Part shown: piece by piece, positions 40,257-55,200 of the stretch
Position numbering within the stretch: position 1 is the stretch's first letter
Layout: every line of letters starts with the position of its first letter
Assembly: GCF_006345805.1 (NCBI RefSeq)
Contig: NC_043000.1
Span: 163,060,001-163,124,000, forward strand
DNA from: Octopus sinensis
Lineage: Eukaryota
Direction of reading: 5' to 3'
Length of the DNA: 64,000 bases
The notes under the pieces: model-generated
Database searches by the model: none
Seen by the model: the letters and a program-made list of their open reading frames with translations, nothing else
What the model was told of the DNA's origin: nothing
Made by a program: the position numbers and the translations under genes

Positions 40257-43200
40257 ATAGAAATGATAAGACAACAAAAGAATGAAAGAGACCTCGATAT
40301 TATGTAAATAGAGCATTTTCATAGCATTTTTTTTGATGGCCCGATAACTGATGAGATGCCGGCGTGGGTTTCTGCCACAACATCCAAAACTCAGAGTTTT
40401 ATCATGGCTACCAAATAATTGCCAGTTATTATATTTACAGATATGTGTGTATGTGTATCATCGTTTTTAACATTTGTCTTCCATGCTGACATGGGTTTGA
40501 GAGTTCCAACAACTTCACAGAGTGTGCCAAGTGCCTTGTTTTTCCATGGCACCAGCACTAGTGAAGTAATTTCCAAGACAAAAAGAAGTCCTTTTGACTG
40601 AGTGGGAGAGTTGTAGAGAGGTTGATGGCTTTATGTCTGGTGTTGAGAGACTACAATATGATAGAGAGACCGAAATAGGTGCCTTGCTACAGAGAAGCTA
40701 CATGGTTATTCTGCATTATATAGGTGTGGGTAGTGGGAGAAGCTGTGGAGAGGTAAAAATGTTGGTGATGAAGTGTCACAGAGCCAAAAGAGATATCCAT
40801 GCCATTTCATCCAATGTTGTATCATTCCACCGATCCACTGCCATGGACAGGGAATTTGATCCAAAACCAGCTTAGGGAGGACCCAAACTCAGAGTGCAGA
40901 CACTAAGACAAACACCACAAAACGTTTTATCTGACACTAAGAATTCAACTAATATAATGCCATACAAAGTGTGCGTGCATGTGGTGGTGGTCATCATTAC
41001 CATATAAGGTTTGTCTTCCATGTTGTCACAGGCTGAATGTTTCAACAGAATCCAATGAGCCAGAGTACGGCATAAAGCTCCATGTCTACTTAGGTCTGGT
41101 TTCTATGACTGGATGACCTTCCTCATGCCAACCATTTTACTGTACTGGCTGTTTCTTTTTCCTTGAGGTTGTTATGTAACTAACACAACATAAAAACCCC
41201 TCAACTGAATGAGAATGTAGTAGAGAGAGCAAGATTGTCTAATGGCAAGATTTACATATAAAACACTTACTACCATTAGTCTTGGACAGATTTTTAAGTG
41301 GTCACTTAATGCAACTTGAATTTTGTACCACTCACATTCCAAAGGATGGCAATGCTAATTACACATAGATTCATTCTTGTAACTGTCTTAAATACAATTT
41401 ATTTTTAAAATCTTCACATTTATAATTATATAGTTGTTAGTTGTCGGAGCACTGCATCCTTCAAAACTTCCATGCTTTCTGAGATTCACCAACACTACAC
41501 CTGATTTTCTCCCCTCCATACACACGCAAACATGTATCTGACTCATACATTGTTCGCTTTCCAGACATTTGTACATTACTGCATATGCTTTATACGCACT
41601 TTCTGACAAGTTGTGGTGCACCTGAGCACTGTATACGATAATTTCATAATTATTATATATTATATATATGATACAGATAAGGAAATAATTTATTCTCAAA
41701 TGCAGAATAATGCTGTTAGAACAGCAGGAATGGCATAAAGTATCCATATTTTGCAGAAAAATTGTCAGAAGCCAGCCATGAGACTTGAACTCACATCCCT
41801 GCAATTAGCGGTCAAGTGCTTTACCAATGAAGCCAAACTGCCCACTGACAGATTAATCTGCTCCTTTTGAACTTATAATCTAGCTTATAAGCACTTGACT
41901 GGTAATCACAGGGATGCGAGTTCGAGTCTTATAGCTGGCTGCTGACAAATTTTTCCACGAAATATGGATACTTTATCCGGTTCCTGCTGTTCTATCGGCA
42001 TTATTCAGCATTTGAGAATAAATTATTTCCTTATCTGTATCTTACATTTCAACACTTCTAAAAGCAAACTTTGTTTACATTTACCATAATTATATATGTA
42101 TTATTCAACAGCCACTTCAACATGACGGTCTAGCCGAAGGGATTCAACTGCAATCTTTTTAACCCCAAGAGAGCATCTCCTCTAGCTGATTAAAAACGCA
42201 AAGCAGCATCTGATAAATTCCAAGTAGGGGAGCAAACCCTTACCACCTTCTAACGACAGGACCAGCAGACCAGTCCTGGACACCTCGTACTAGAAATGGC
42301 AGTAGCTTGCCTCTGCTTGCAACATATACAGATATATATATATATTTCAAGTGAACACACAGTCACTGATTTTGCAACAAGCAAAAATGCTGGTTCTAAA
42401 ATCTCTCTAGGAGATCAACGCAGTAGTTGTACTGACAAGTAATATTCAGAGACACTTCAACGTGGCTGTCCATTCAAATGGACTCTACTGTGATTTTTTT
42501 ACCCCCTCTTTGCAATTTATCGGATGCAGCTCAGCATCATTAACCAACTAGAGATGTCCTCTTGGGGTAAAAGATGAACATCCATGTTGAAGTGGATATA
42601 TATGTCGCCCCGACTGGCCTCCGTGCCGGTGACACGTGAAAGCACCATCCGTTCGTGGCGGTTGCCAGCTTCGCCTGGCCCCCGTGCCGGTGGCACGTAA
42701 AAAGCACCATCCGTTCGTGGCCGTTTGCCAGCTCCGTCTGGCACGTAAAAAGCACCCACTACACTCACGGAGTGGTTGGCGTTAGGAAGGGCATCCAGCC
42801 GTAGAAACACTGCCAGATCAGACTGGGCCTGATGCAGCCTTCTGGCTTCACAGACCCCAGTTGAACCAGCCAACCCATGCTAGAATGGAAAGCAGACGCT
42901 AAATGATGATGATGATGATGATATATATTGCAAGCAGTGGCGAGCTACTGCCATCTCTAGCCAACAAGGTGTCCAATCCTGAAGAGCGGCAGAAATAGCC
43001 TGAAACCAGGACTGGTCTGCTGGTCCCATCGCTAGAAGCAGGTAGGGGTTCACTCACCTGCTCGCAATTAATGGGATGCAGCTCTTCATCGTTAATCAGG
43101 TAAAAATGATGTCCTCTTGGAGTTAAAAAACTGCAGTAGTTTGTTCGAACAGACAGCCATGCTGAAGTGTCTCTGAATATTACTTGATAGTACAACTACT

Positions 43201-46200
43201 GCATTGATCTCTCAGAGAGATTTTAGAAATAGCATTTTTGCTTCTATATGTACTCTTGGGATTAATTCTTGATACAAAACATCAAATTTGAGATACTTGA
43301 AAATGTTAGAGTAGCCCCTTTTGCTGGTCCACGGAGGGTTAAGTGACTATGAAAATATCTATTCTCCTAATATGATATGTGAGGAGGTGGTACTGAAATT
43401 TTATAACACTGATTTAACATAATTTGATAGGAGATGATAGATGCTCTTGGTGTAAATGGTAACATATGCACTCGAAATGTGATAGAGATAAGGTTTGAAT
43501 GTTACTGGAGGGTTTCTTCCCCAAATATCCTGAAACTGAAATTCTTGTTAGACAACATATTTACAGTATATTTTGTTAGAATATCCTCTGCTCTAATCTC
43601 AAGTGTGCCTTTTGGATTTAGTTATGTTCCCACATCCTTTCTGGGACTTCACACTCTGGTGTGCGCTCTCTCTCTCTCTCCCTCAATACTTCTGCTCTAT
43701 GTATATTTTGGATGACACCAACAAAACTAAAAATAATAATTTTAACACTAGTACAATGCTATAAATTTAGTGAGGAGAAAAATTAATTCAACCAAAATAT
43801 TTGACTGGTACTCTTTTACTTAATTTGATCAACCATAAAACAATCAACTTTGGCATAATTAAAACTCAAAGTATAATGAGTTATAAACCAAATATCATAA
43901 AGAATTTTATCCTTTGATTCCACTGATTCCACTAAACACTTTACTGATGAGTGCTACAAAAGTGGTTCAAGGAACGGTCAATCAACCGGTTTCTACTCCT
44001 AGACTGTTCCTTATTCTATCAAGGTGGGCAGGATGAAAAGTAAAGTCGATCTCCAGTGGCTTTAAGCCCAAAATGTAAAGGGAGATAACAATGCATGCGT
44101 TTTGTTAACCCTCTACTCTCATCTAATTAGTCTTGATAGTAATTATTTCTTTTTGATCCCAGCAGGATGAGAGTATTTCATATAGGGACTGAACATAAAG
44201 CAAAATAACTTTATAAAAAATAAATGTGCCATTTTTAAAGCCTAGCCAGGCTCATGAGCCCGGTTTCCCGGTTTCTATGGCGTATGTGTTCCCCAGCTGG
44301 ACGGGACGCCAGTCCATCACAGCGTTACTCATTTTTGCCAGCTGAGTGGACTGGAGTAACGTGAAATGAAGTGTTTCGCTCAAGAACAAAACGCGTTGCC
44401 CGGTCCAGGAATCGAAACCACAATCTTACGATCATGATGATGACACCCTAACCACTAAGCCACATGCCTCCATAAAACAACTTTATAGGGTGAGCTAGTT
44501 AGTGAAATTCATACCTACTTTAATAACTTAGCCACAATGCTTCATTGTTTTAATAGATCTTAGTAATTATTTTACCAATCATTAGAACATAAAGGAATAT
44601 AGTGCAACATTGCAAGACATTTAATCACTCATCCTTGCATTTCTACCTCCACAAGCTTCTTAATAAGGTATAAACACAAACCAGAGGATGTGATAGAGAA
44701 TAAGAATCATGGGATTTTATAAGATTTCTCTACAAAGATTGACCATACTATTGAAGCAAGATGACCTGATATGATTAAAGAGGACAAAAGAAGCAGTTTA
44801 AGATCACAGACTTTGCAATACCAAATGAGAACAGCGAAATTTATACTCAGAAGCATAAGTCAAAAGAAATGGTGCTAAGCATTTTGTCTGCTGCACTAAC
44901 GATTCTGCCAGCTCACTGCCTTAATAGTAGTAGTAATAGTAGTAGTAGTAGTAGTAATAATAATAATAATCATGATTTCAAATTTTGGCACAGAGCCAGC
45001 AGTTTTTGTGGAAGTCAATTAAATTGCAAACCCCACATAGTACTTGATTGGTGCTTATTTTATTGATAGTAAAAAAATGAAAAGTGAAGTCAACTTCTCA
45101 GCATTTGAAGTGAGAATGTAAAGCCAGAAGAAATGCTGCTAAGCATTTTGTCCAGTCTGCTAATGGTTCTTCTAGCTTGCCGCCTTAACAATAATAATAA
45201 CACCATCTAACATTCGCACAAGAACAATTTTTGTTTTTTCACATGGTGATTTTCGTAAAAGAAAAAAAGAAAGTACCAGTTCTAAACCAGAACTTAATTT
45301 CATGAAACAGAAGCACAAAAAAAAAACAAAGCTGCAAGACATTTCTATTTGGTACTGTATTGATTTTGTTACCCTATAACAAACACATCAAATAAATACA
45401 TTAATTTGTATACATAACAAAAAACAAACCTTGTGATTTTCTGCTTTCACTTCCATTCCTCCTTTACGAGAAGAAGTAGGGGCTTGGAGTGCAGAAACTG
45501 CATGCAAGTTAGGATCATTTTCAAGCTTCCCATCTCTCTCTTCTGGGATTACCATTAGCTGTGAATGGAAAGTGGTTAATGATAAGACATTGATATCACA
45601 GGGATATGAGGGTGGATGAGTGAGTGTCAGTTGTTGTTTAGACCTAGACCTGTCCAATCGATCAATCCTGAAAGGATAAAAATAAAAAAAAGGATATGGT
45701 CCCAGCAAGATATGAACTGAGTACACACAGAGACATGACTTAAACATCCACAAGCATTTTGTTCAGCACTCAACTATTTCAGTGACTTGACTGTCATGTA
45801 ATAATAACAACTGCTTCTAATGAAGACACAAGGACAGTCATTTTGAGAGTAGAGGGTTAGTCGATATCAACCAAGTATTTGACTAATACTTTGTTGACCC
45901 CACAGGGATGAAAGGCAAGGCTGACCCAAGTGGTATTTGAATTCAGAATATAAAGAACAAGAACAATATATTGCCAGGTACTGATTCCGACACAAATGAC
46001 TTAAGCAGCTCACTGTCCTTTTATGTAATAATAATGGTTTCACACTTTAGTAGAGAGTCAGAAAGGTTAAGGAGAAGGAGAAGTTGATTATATTGATCCT
46101 AGTCAAGGCGGCGAGCTGGCAGAAATGTTAGCACGCCGGGCGAAATGCGTAGCCATATTTCGTCTGCCGTTACGTTCTGAGTTCAAATTCCGCCGAGGTC

Positions 46201-49200
46201 GACTTTGCCTTTCATCCTTTCGGGGTCGATAAATTAAGTACCAGTTACGCACTGGGGTCGATGTAATCGATTTAATACCTATATCTGTCCTGGTTTGTCC
46301 CCTCTATGTTTAGCTCCTTGTGGGTAGTAAAGAAATATATATTGATCCTAGTGCTGAACTTAGAACTTATTTTATAGATGCCAAAAGGATGAGATGCAAA
46401 GTCAATCTTGTAGAATTTGAATTCTGAACATAAAGAGCTGGAAGAAATACCGTTAAGCATCACAAGTTAACGAGTCTGAAAGCTCGTCACCATCATAATG
46501 ATAAAAGTTTTTGCTTTCACAGGCGAACTCAGATGTTAGAGAAGGAACAGAACCAACCAAACCAACTCCAAATTGGTTCTTACTTAATTTACACCAAAAG
46601 GCAAAATTTGAATTTGGAATGAGAAATGGGAAGGGAGATAACTAAGGCAATTTTCTTGTTACTCTGACAGTTTTGCCATTATGATAACAACAACAATGCA
46701 TTTCATAATAAATAAACAAGTGGAAGAAGTAATGATGGCTACTTACAGCCTTTTCTTTGATAAGGAACTCAAAGGCTTCTTTTTCTTTACGAAGAGTAGT
46801 TAGATACTGTTGTTCTTCAACAGAATTGCTATATATTAAGAAGTAGACCCGTAAAGGAACATGTGGCCTTGTAGCATGATAGACCTGTTGAATGAAAGAG
46901 AAAAACATGAAGAATTTTTTAATAAAAAGAAGAAAAACTTATTCAAGAGAGACGTGGATAGAAAATAAACTGAATTATATATCATGAGTGAAATCATCAG
47001 GCAAGCAAACGACATGACAACCCATCTGATGTTGGTGCCATGATAAAATACACCCACTACACAGTAAAATGGTTAGCAATAAGTACTCAGTCGCAGAAAA
47101 CATGCCAAAAACAAAATGTGATCTTCAACCATTCTAAGAGAGTAGTAACCCAAAATAAGAACTGACTTAGTAAGTGATGACTTATCTAATCCATGCCAGC
47201 ATAAAAAAGCAGATGCAAATATCAACTATGAGATCAATAATGATCAAGTGCTTATGGTTTCAAAGTGTTTTATTTTTTTAAGGTTATCAACATCAACTAT
47301 ATTTTAGCATCTGTCTTTCATGATGATAATGAGTATTTCTATCACCATTATCAGTTTTACACCAATCTTTTTATCTGTTTTGTATGTTGGCACTAGTTGT
47401 CCAAGTATAGTATCAAAAATAAACCATTCAGTTTCATGCAATCACTAATTAGTGTACCACATAAAAACCTTCCAAATTTTCAATCTTCTTTTGACTCAGT
47501 TCAGACAAAATTACTCCTCAGGTTTGAGACTATCTTAGGCTGATCTGTTTCCATCTATTTTGAGAATGGCCATTTCATGTGGCCCAATATTTACACATCT
47601 AGCTGAACTTCACCTTATACCTTCCTTTAACGTTTATATTACATGCCTTAGAAGTAAAAAAGGTAGCACCCACAACCCTTTTTCAGGGACACCAACACTA
47701 GAAGGGAGAGAGTTATCTTTAACTAGCAGACACTGCTAAAGGAATCTATGGTCAAGTGATGGTGTTAAATTGGGTAACATTAAATCAACCACCCCAAAAG
47801 AAGTATGATCCTTCCAACATGCTTTCAGCTTTCATTTACCCAGTTTCACTTATAAGGCTTGGGTCAACCTAAGTCTAACATGGAAGCCATTTTCAGAAGG
47901 TGCCGCTAAGTGGAATCGAACCTGACACCAGAACTGACAGCTAACTTTTTTCACCACATAGTTATTACCTCTCATGTAGATATCTTATATCTTCGAATCA
48001 CAACACATTCTTTTTACCCAGCATTTTCCATCTATTCACAGAAGACAGTAATCTCTCCTGCAAAATATTGGTCAATGTGTTTATCTTCAGCAGCTTCTTT
48101 AAGCTCAAATAGCAATCAACTTCTTCCATAAGGTGATAATGCACATAGAACAGAACGTTTTGCTCTTAAACAAGCAACAAATTTCAGCAAACCCAGCAAA
48201 AGTCTAAGAAACTTGGTTGATAAGGAAGTGTCTTTCTCCGCATAAAAAATGAATGGTAGGTAGAGGTGTAAAAATGTAATGGTATACAACAGTGGAAAAT
48301 ATAGAAAATCTACAAGATTGGCGAGAAATAATGCACTGAGAAAGACTTGGTGTTTATTAAACATCTAACTTTTTTATATTGTTGATGTTTTTATAAGGCT
48401 TTTGACTGTAATTTTTGTTTTTACAAATGGGTGCTATTCAAACTGTTTACAAGTTAAAAAGTGAAATCTCTTTTTTATCTGAACAAAAACAAGTTCCTCT
48501 CTGATAAGTAAGCAGTTTTATTTAGCATCCAGAGGTAAAGACAGTTTATAACAAAATGCAAAAACAGAAAAAAAACACCAAGAATAAAAAAAATTAGATG
48601 TTAAAACAAAACAAAAAAAAGGCAAATTCTACATAATACATTCCTCACCAATCCAACAAATTTTCATCATTCTCTGCTCTACACTAATTTACCCTCTTAG
48701 ACCTCCATTCCACACTAGTCTACTTTCTCCATGAGATGACAGAGTACTAGATAATCTGTTGGGGAGGGTAGAGTGATGGTTTAATCCAATAGCACAGTGG
48801 TGTATCTGTGTCTAAGATGCTTAGTTGTCAACAGTCAAATCCACCATTTAGTTTTTGAATGCCTTAATACAGTTCATTATGTTACAAGCGCTGGGTTGTA
48901 AGCACTAGGTCACAGGGCCGAAGATCTCTCCCCCTTTCCTCCCACCGGAGGGTCCTAAATAATAAAAAAAAGAGATGGGCACTGCCTTTCTGACAATAAA
49001 ACCAAAAAATAAATAAATAAATAAACATTCATTGTTAGCCTCAGAATCCCTTCTGAGATCAAGATCAGGTATTTTAAGTGATCATACCTTAGATATAGTT
49101 TGAATTCCCTAAACCCTCAGTCTTATATGCAGTTCAGTAATAATAAGAATTTATTGGAGACATAGGACTTTAAAAGGACTTGCCTCCAGTTCTCTCACAA

Positions 49201-52200
49201 ACTTCATGCAGGAATCGTACAGGATTACATAATGTGGGTTTATCTCCCAGAGAGTACGCTGCAATCCAAGAGAATCAGAGCCACCATGGATTGGATGGAT
49301 TATGACAGCTGGTTGTGAAAGGATTCCATAGTAAGCATCCTGCGAAGAACACCTGAAATTCTCTTCTTCATTGGATTCCTACAAAGTCAAAATGAGATCA
49401 GGTTTAATATGTTTAGTTGCAAAATGGAAAGACAAGATATACAAAAGTGTAGTTTTTAAAATACATTCACTAGAATTTGAAGATCAGCCCTGGATGGACA
49501 GATATATAATCAAAAAGGGTTCTAGCAATGACTTCACATTTCTTTTCCAAACACCAATTATCTAGTTAATATATTAGCCAGTCTAGTCTTAGATATCACC
49601 ATTTTAAAGACAGTGAAGTATCTTTTAAAAGAATTTTGCAGCTATTTCTTACACAACAGGTATTGGCTGCTCCCTTGTCAGCTGGTTAGGAGACTTGTTG
49701 TGGATCTGTGTTAGTAGGAGCAAAATTAAAAAAATATAAATGGTCAAGAGGAGATGTATGTGTAACATTTTGAGCAGCACAGCCCTTCATCAAATCAGCA
49801 ATGTCCTTCTCATGTCATAACAACAAAGTATTTACTATTTCCTCTCTCTGAATCAAAATAACACATTTTAATTACATATAGTTTTTTTTCAACAGGTGGT
49901 ACTTACCACTTTGACAGCAAAAGGGAACTAGTCAATAAATTAATTTCAATTAAATTAACATGTGACAAAAAAATAAGAAGAAGATATGTTAGATACCTCT
50001 TCAGTGTTTAACCTTGAAGCTATCTCCTCTGGCTCCATTTCTGTCAACTCAACTAAAGTTGCTTCTTTGGTAGGTTTTGTTTTTGTTAATTTTTGTTTCT
50101 TCTTCTTTGGAGACTGTAATTATAGATGTATATATATATAGACACACACTTACATGTATATGTATGTATATAAGGGAGAGGAGAGCAGAGAGGGAGGGCA
50201 ACAAAGTGAGAGAGATAGCAAGGGAGAGAGTGTGAGAGAGTGATGAAGCACAAAGTAAGAGAGAGGGAAAGAAAAAGAAAAAAAGAAGAAAATTAAAAAC
50301 TACAAAAAGGTAAAAGTGCTTATTCTAAATACTAGATATATAAATTTATCTGAATTTGATATGTTATGATCAGCAGTAACAATTCCTCTCTGACTTATCA
50401 CATTTACAGAAATTGGTTAAGTTCCACAGAGTAATCTAATAAAATTCACCAGTTTTACAATGTTACAACTGTTTAAAACACCTGAAATGCTTAGACCTTT
50501 AGCATTCAGATGACCCTCTCAATGTAATCATTTTTTATTCATATAGTTTTGAACTATCACGCATTATCCTGCAGCTTTGACTTCAATGATGCGATTTTTA
50601 TTTTCAGAATGACATTGTAGGATAGGAGAGAAAGGCTGGATTTGGCCATTTTGAACATAAAACAGGTAGAATAGTTGGGCCTGAAATGGCCAGTTTAAAT
50701 GCTAAAAGGCTCAAGTGTTTTAGCCAGTGCCTACAGTAAGTATTCTTACAACATCAACTGTTGATCTCCTTGACAAGTACTATGTGCTTGTCATGGAATT
50801 TCCATGGGCCAATACAAAGAAGGTTTCTTATTGTCTTCCTTTGGGTACTGTTTTTATAAGACACCACCATGTCAGCTAGACACAGACAAGTTTGCTACAC
50901 TAAACTGTTTATTTGGAGACTTAAAAATTGAAATAACACAAAGCAATTTGTCCAATGCTCTAAAAATTCTGTCCCCTCAACACCCTGGACTAGTACTTTG
51001 TGTTATCATTCCCTAAAAGACGAAAGGTAAAACTGACCGCAGCAAGATTTGAACTCTAAACAAAGAGCATGAACAAATACTGCAAAGCATTTTATCTAAA
51101 GCTACCAATTCCCTATAATTTGCTGTTGTCAAATATGTAAATGATACAAGTATTGTTGCTTAGCCCCAGGTCAGCTTTCATTAAGTAGACTATGGTCAGA
51201 ATGCATTAGAATTGTGACTATACTCTTACTCTTTACTCTTTTACTTGTTTCAGTCATTTGACTGCGGCCATGCTGGAGCACCGCCTTTAATCGAGCAACT
51301 CGACCCCGGGTCTTATTCTTTTGTAAGCCCAGTACTTATTTTATCGGTCTCTTTGCCGAACCGCTAAGTAACGGGGACATAAACACACCAGTATCGGTTG
51401 TCAAGCGATGTTGGGAGGGGACAAACACAGACACACACACACATACATATATATATATACATATATACGACGGGCTTCTTTCAGTTTCCATCTACCAAAT
51501 CCACTCACAAGGCATTGGTCGGCCCAGGGCTATAGTAGAAGACACTTGCCCAAGGTGCCACGCAGTGGGACTGAACCCGGAACCATGTGGTTGGTAAGCA
51601 AGCTACTTACCACACAGCCACTCCTGCGCCTATCCAGTATATTTTTATTTTTTTCAGATACAATATATCTAGGTCCACATTTTTCTATTTGTCCTTCCTT
51701 ACTCCTTAAGACAAGAGGGTGCAATCTGAAGAAAACAGAGTTCTCTTCATAACTTGGCAATTTATTAATATTCTGTAATGCTGCTTTGCTGATGTCAAAT
51801 CAAATCATGTAAAAGGGGCCTCTACCAAAATGACTTGCCCTTAAAAAAATAGAAGTTATCCAATATTTTAATAGATTTAAGGAATTACCATTATGACCAT
51901 AAACAGATTCCAGTTATCTTAGTCTACTATTTAAACACTTATTTAAACATCTTTTTTTGGAAATATAGCAATAGGAATTCTTACTGTAACTTCCATATAT
52001 TTGCCTTTTGAAGCCAAATATCTGTTGTAGAGAGAAGCTAGAGTATTCTTTCCACCTTTTGATAAAAACTGAAATAGAAAAATATAAAGACAGAGTATTA
52101 AATGAAAACTCACACATGAACACACATATACAGATGCAAATACATACAGACATATAAACACATATATAAACAAATGCATACGTTGAAAATCATGTCATCA

Positions 52201-55200
52201 CATTCATTCACATACCCCTTCACATATATATATATATATATATGCATGCCTTTCCTCCCTTGGACACACAAAGACCTGTTGAGGCAAGTGAAGTCGATAT
52301 CAAACCTCATCCGACGACAGGCACCCATGCCAACCCCCCTTTGCTTGCAAAGACCTGTTGGGGCAAGTGAAATCGAAATCGAACCAATCCTATGACTGGC
52401 ACCCGGCAGATGCCAGGACCCCTGGACTAGTGGTACGTAAAAAGCACCATCCGAATCGTGGCCGAAGCCAGTGCCGCCTCGACTGGCTTCTGTGCCGGTG
52501 GCACGTAAAATGCACCAATCCGACCGTGGCCGATGCCAGCCTTGCTTGGCACCTGTGCGGGTGGCACGTAAAAAGCACCCACTACACTCACGGAGCGGTT
52601 GGCGTTAGGAAGGGCATCCAGCTGTAGAAACATTGCCAGATAAGACTGGAGCCTGGTGCAGCCTTCTGGCTTCCCAGATCCCCGGTCGAAACGTCCAACC
52701 CATGCTAGCATGGAGAACGGACGTTAAACGATGATGAGGATAATGATATATATGAGATGTCATCGGGTGTACCACAGGGATCTGTCCTTGGTCCCCTCCT
52801 GTTTGTGGCATACATTAATGACATAGATGCCAATTTAAAGAATGCCACAGTATTGAAATATGCAGACGACATCAAGCTGTACCTTGAAATCAAGAGGACT
52901 GATCCTGATGTCTACAACTCTTTCCTGCAATCAGACCTAGACACAGTGCAGCAATGGATCACAGACTGGCAACTGAAACTGGCTGTGGACAAGTGTACCA
53001 CCATGCATTTTGGGAGAAAAAACCCTGCGTCCACATACTCCCTCCACAACACTGATATCAAGAAATCCTCTTGCGAGCGTGACCTAGGCATCACTGTCAG
53101 CAGTGATTTGCGTTGGACAAAGCATATCTCTAAAATTGTCAAGAAGGCCGAGGGTGTCTTGGCATCACTCAGCAAGACTTTTGTTAGCCGCTCTCCAGCC
53201 ATCTATTTAAAACTGTATACAGCTATGGTACGACCACACTTGGAATTCGCATCATCAGTTTGGAATCCCTATCTTGCTCAGAACATTGACCTCCTGGAAT
53301 CTGTCCAGAGACGTGCAACCAAACACATACCCTCCATCAGACACCTACCATATTCTGAGCGCCTTGTTTCCCTGGACATGGATTCACTGAAGCTCCGGCG
53401 TCTGGCGACGGACTTGGTAAACACCCACAAGGTTATCAACCACCTCGCCAACAACAACACTGAACACCCTTTTGATCTCCATGTGTCTAACACACGTGGA
53501 CATGCCTACAAAGTCAGAAAACAGCACAGCTCCCATGACTTTCGGAAACATTTTTTCACGCTCAGGGTTGCTGAAGCGTGGAATAAACTGCCTGCATCAG
53601 TTGTTGACTGCCATGACACTGCATCCTTTAAGGCCCTCATGCTTCCCGAAATCCGTCGAAACTACACCTGATTATATATACACTTTAGATGAGTTGTAGT
53701 GCACCTGAGCACTGTACACAATTATTATTATTATTATTATATATATATATACCAACCATTTTATGGGGTGTAGCAGATGTACTTCTTATGGCACCAATAC
53801 AAGATAAGCTATCATACTCTTGGCAAGACTAGAGCCCACCACACTTGAGTGGGAGAATAGGAGAGAGGTTGATGACTTTTGGGAAAATGTTGAGAGAAGT
53901 TAAAGTATGACTGGAGGACCATTTTAGTGTTGGTGTCATAAAAATAGCACCTGCTACACTCAGTAAAATGTTTGACAAATCAAACAGATACAATGCAAGA
54001 TCAGTGCTGGTACAAAGAAAATATGATGTCTGTGAACTGTGGCATTATTGAGAGTGAGAGGGAGAGAGACACGCACACAAATAAAATAGATGCACATCAA
54101 CAAACAAAATGGTGAATTATCTATAAAACAAGCAGAAAAAGAATGGGAACATATGACAGAGGTTGGTAGGCAAATGAAATGATATTCAATGAAACAAACG
54201 ACCAATTGAGCTCCTGACCTCCCTCAGTTGACTACAAGTTCGGTCATCTTCAGCTACAATTAAGATTTTTCCTCTCCCAAAGTCGGGATCCAGTTCAGCA
54301 TTCTCATTCTGAATCTCAGCCAGGATTTCTGACAAACCAGTCCATTTGGGTGGGATTTCCAAGTCTGGAACATTCTCTAGGAGGTGAAACAGATATAGGC
54401 ATTAGTGAAAAGAATAAAAGTCAAGAGATGCCGTAGAAGACTCATCTATCATCTACTTAAAAGCTACAGAATTGGATTTGTTCTGTTAGATTCAAAACAT
54501 TTAATGTAACGAACATAAAAAACTTAATTTGGCAAAAGACAAAATTAGCTCAAAGTCTATTATATTCTTAATCGTTTTGAGAAGTTGGTTGTTCATTTGT
54601 TTTACATCCATTTATCCATGTTATCATGGGTTAGATGAAGTATATAATGAAGCTTTCATTTTACAACAGGATGTCACTAATTCTTGCCTTTTTCTAAGGA
54701 ATGGACTTTTGGTTCCACTTGTTTATGAAAGCATACAGCCACAAGGTGATGTGTCAGGAGAAAATGTCAACAAATGTCACCATAATTTTGGTCAAAGGTA
54801 AGATGTGGTATGTAAACACAGACACAAACGCACACACACACACACACATACAGGTATGTATGTGTGCATGCATACATACACATACACATACTCACACAAA
54901 CATTATGGACTTCCACAATGTTTCCATCTACTGATACAAAACTAGAGAACTTGCTCAAGGTGCCACTCAGTAAGACACTCCAGACATGATCCAGTTTTAT
55001 TCCGTCTCCTGAGCAACATAAAAGCTTGAATTTGCAATCTTTATTCTTACTACAATATTAGGACATGTGCACATATAGATATACTGCACTTGAGAAGGGA
55101 TAAGGAGCATGTTCTGAAGAAGGTGCTAGAGTTTGAGGTTGTAGCAATAGCCATTTTAGCCATTTTGAAATGTGGTGCGAATTGGCAATATGACGTAATG

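Noticed and set aside
41770-41940. Functional tRNA-Thr genes
   Set aside because: The acceptor and anticodon stems do not pair well, the two copies differ in the anticodon loop, and one D arm is truncated; treated as tRNA-derived.
48116-48364. Hydrophobic ORF resembling a GPCR TM2 segment
   Set aside because: Short, no further TM motifs and no splice support; probably chance.
51530-51790. Minus-strand ORF ...[11 protein letters not shown]...CGPRYIV as an XPF exon
   Set aside because: The resemblance to IIHP...PRYVV is superficial; the true homologous exon is 49184-49339, and the ORF runs into a SINE.
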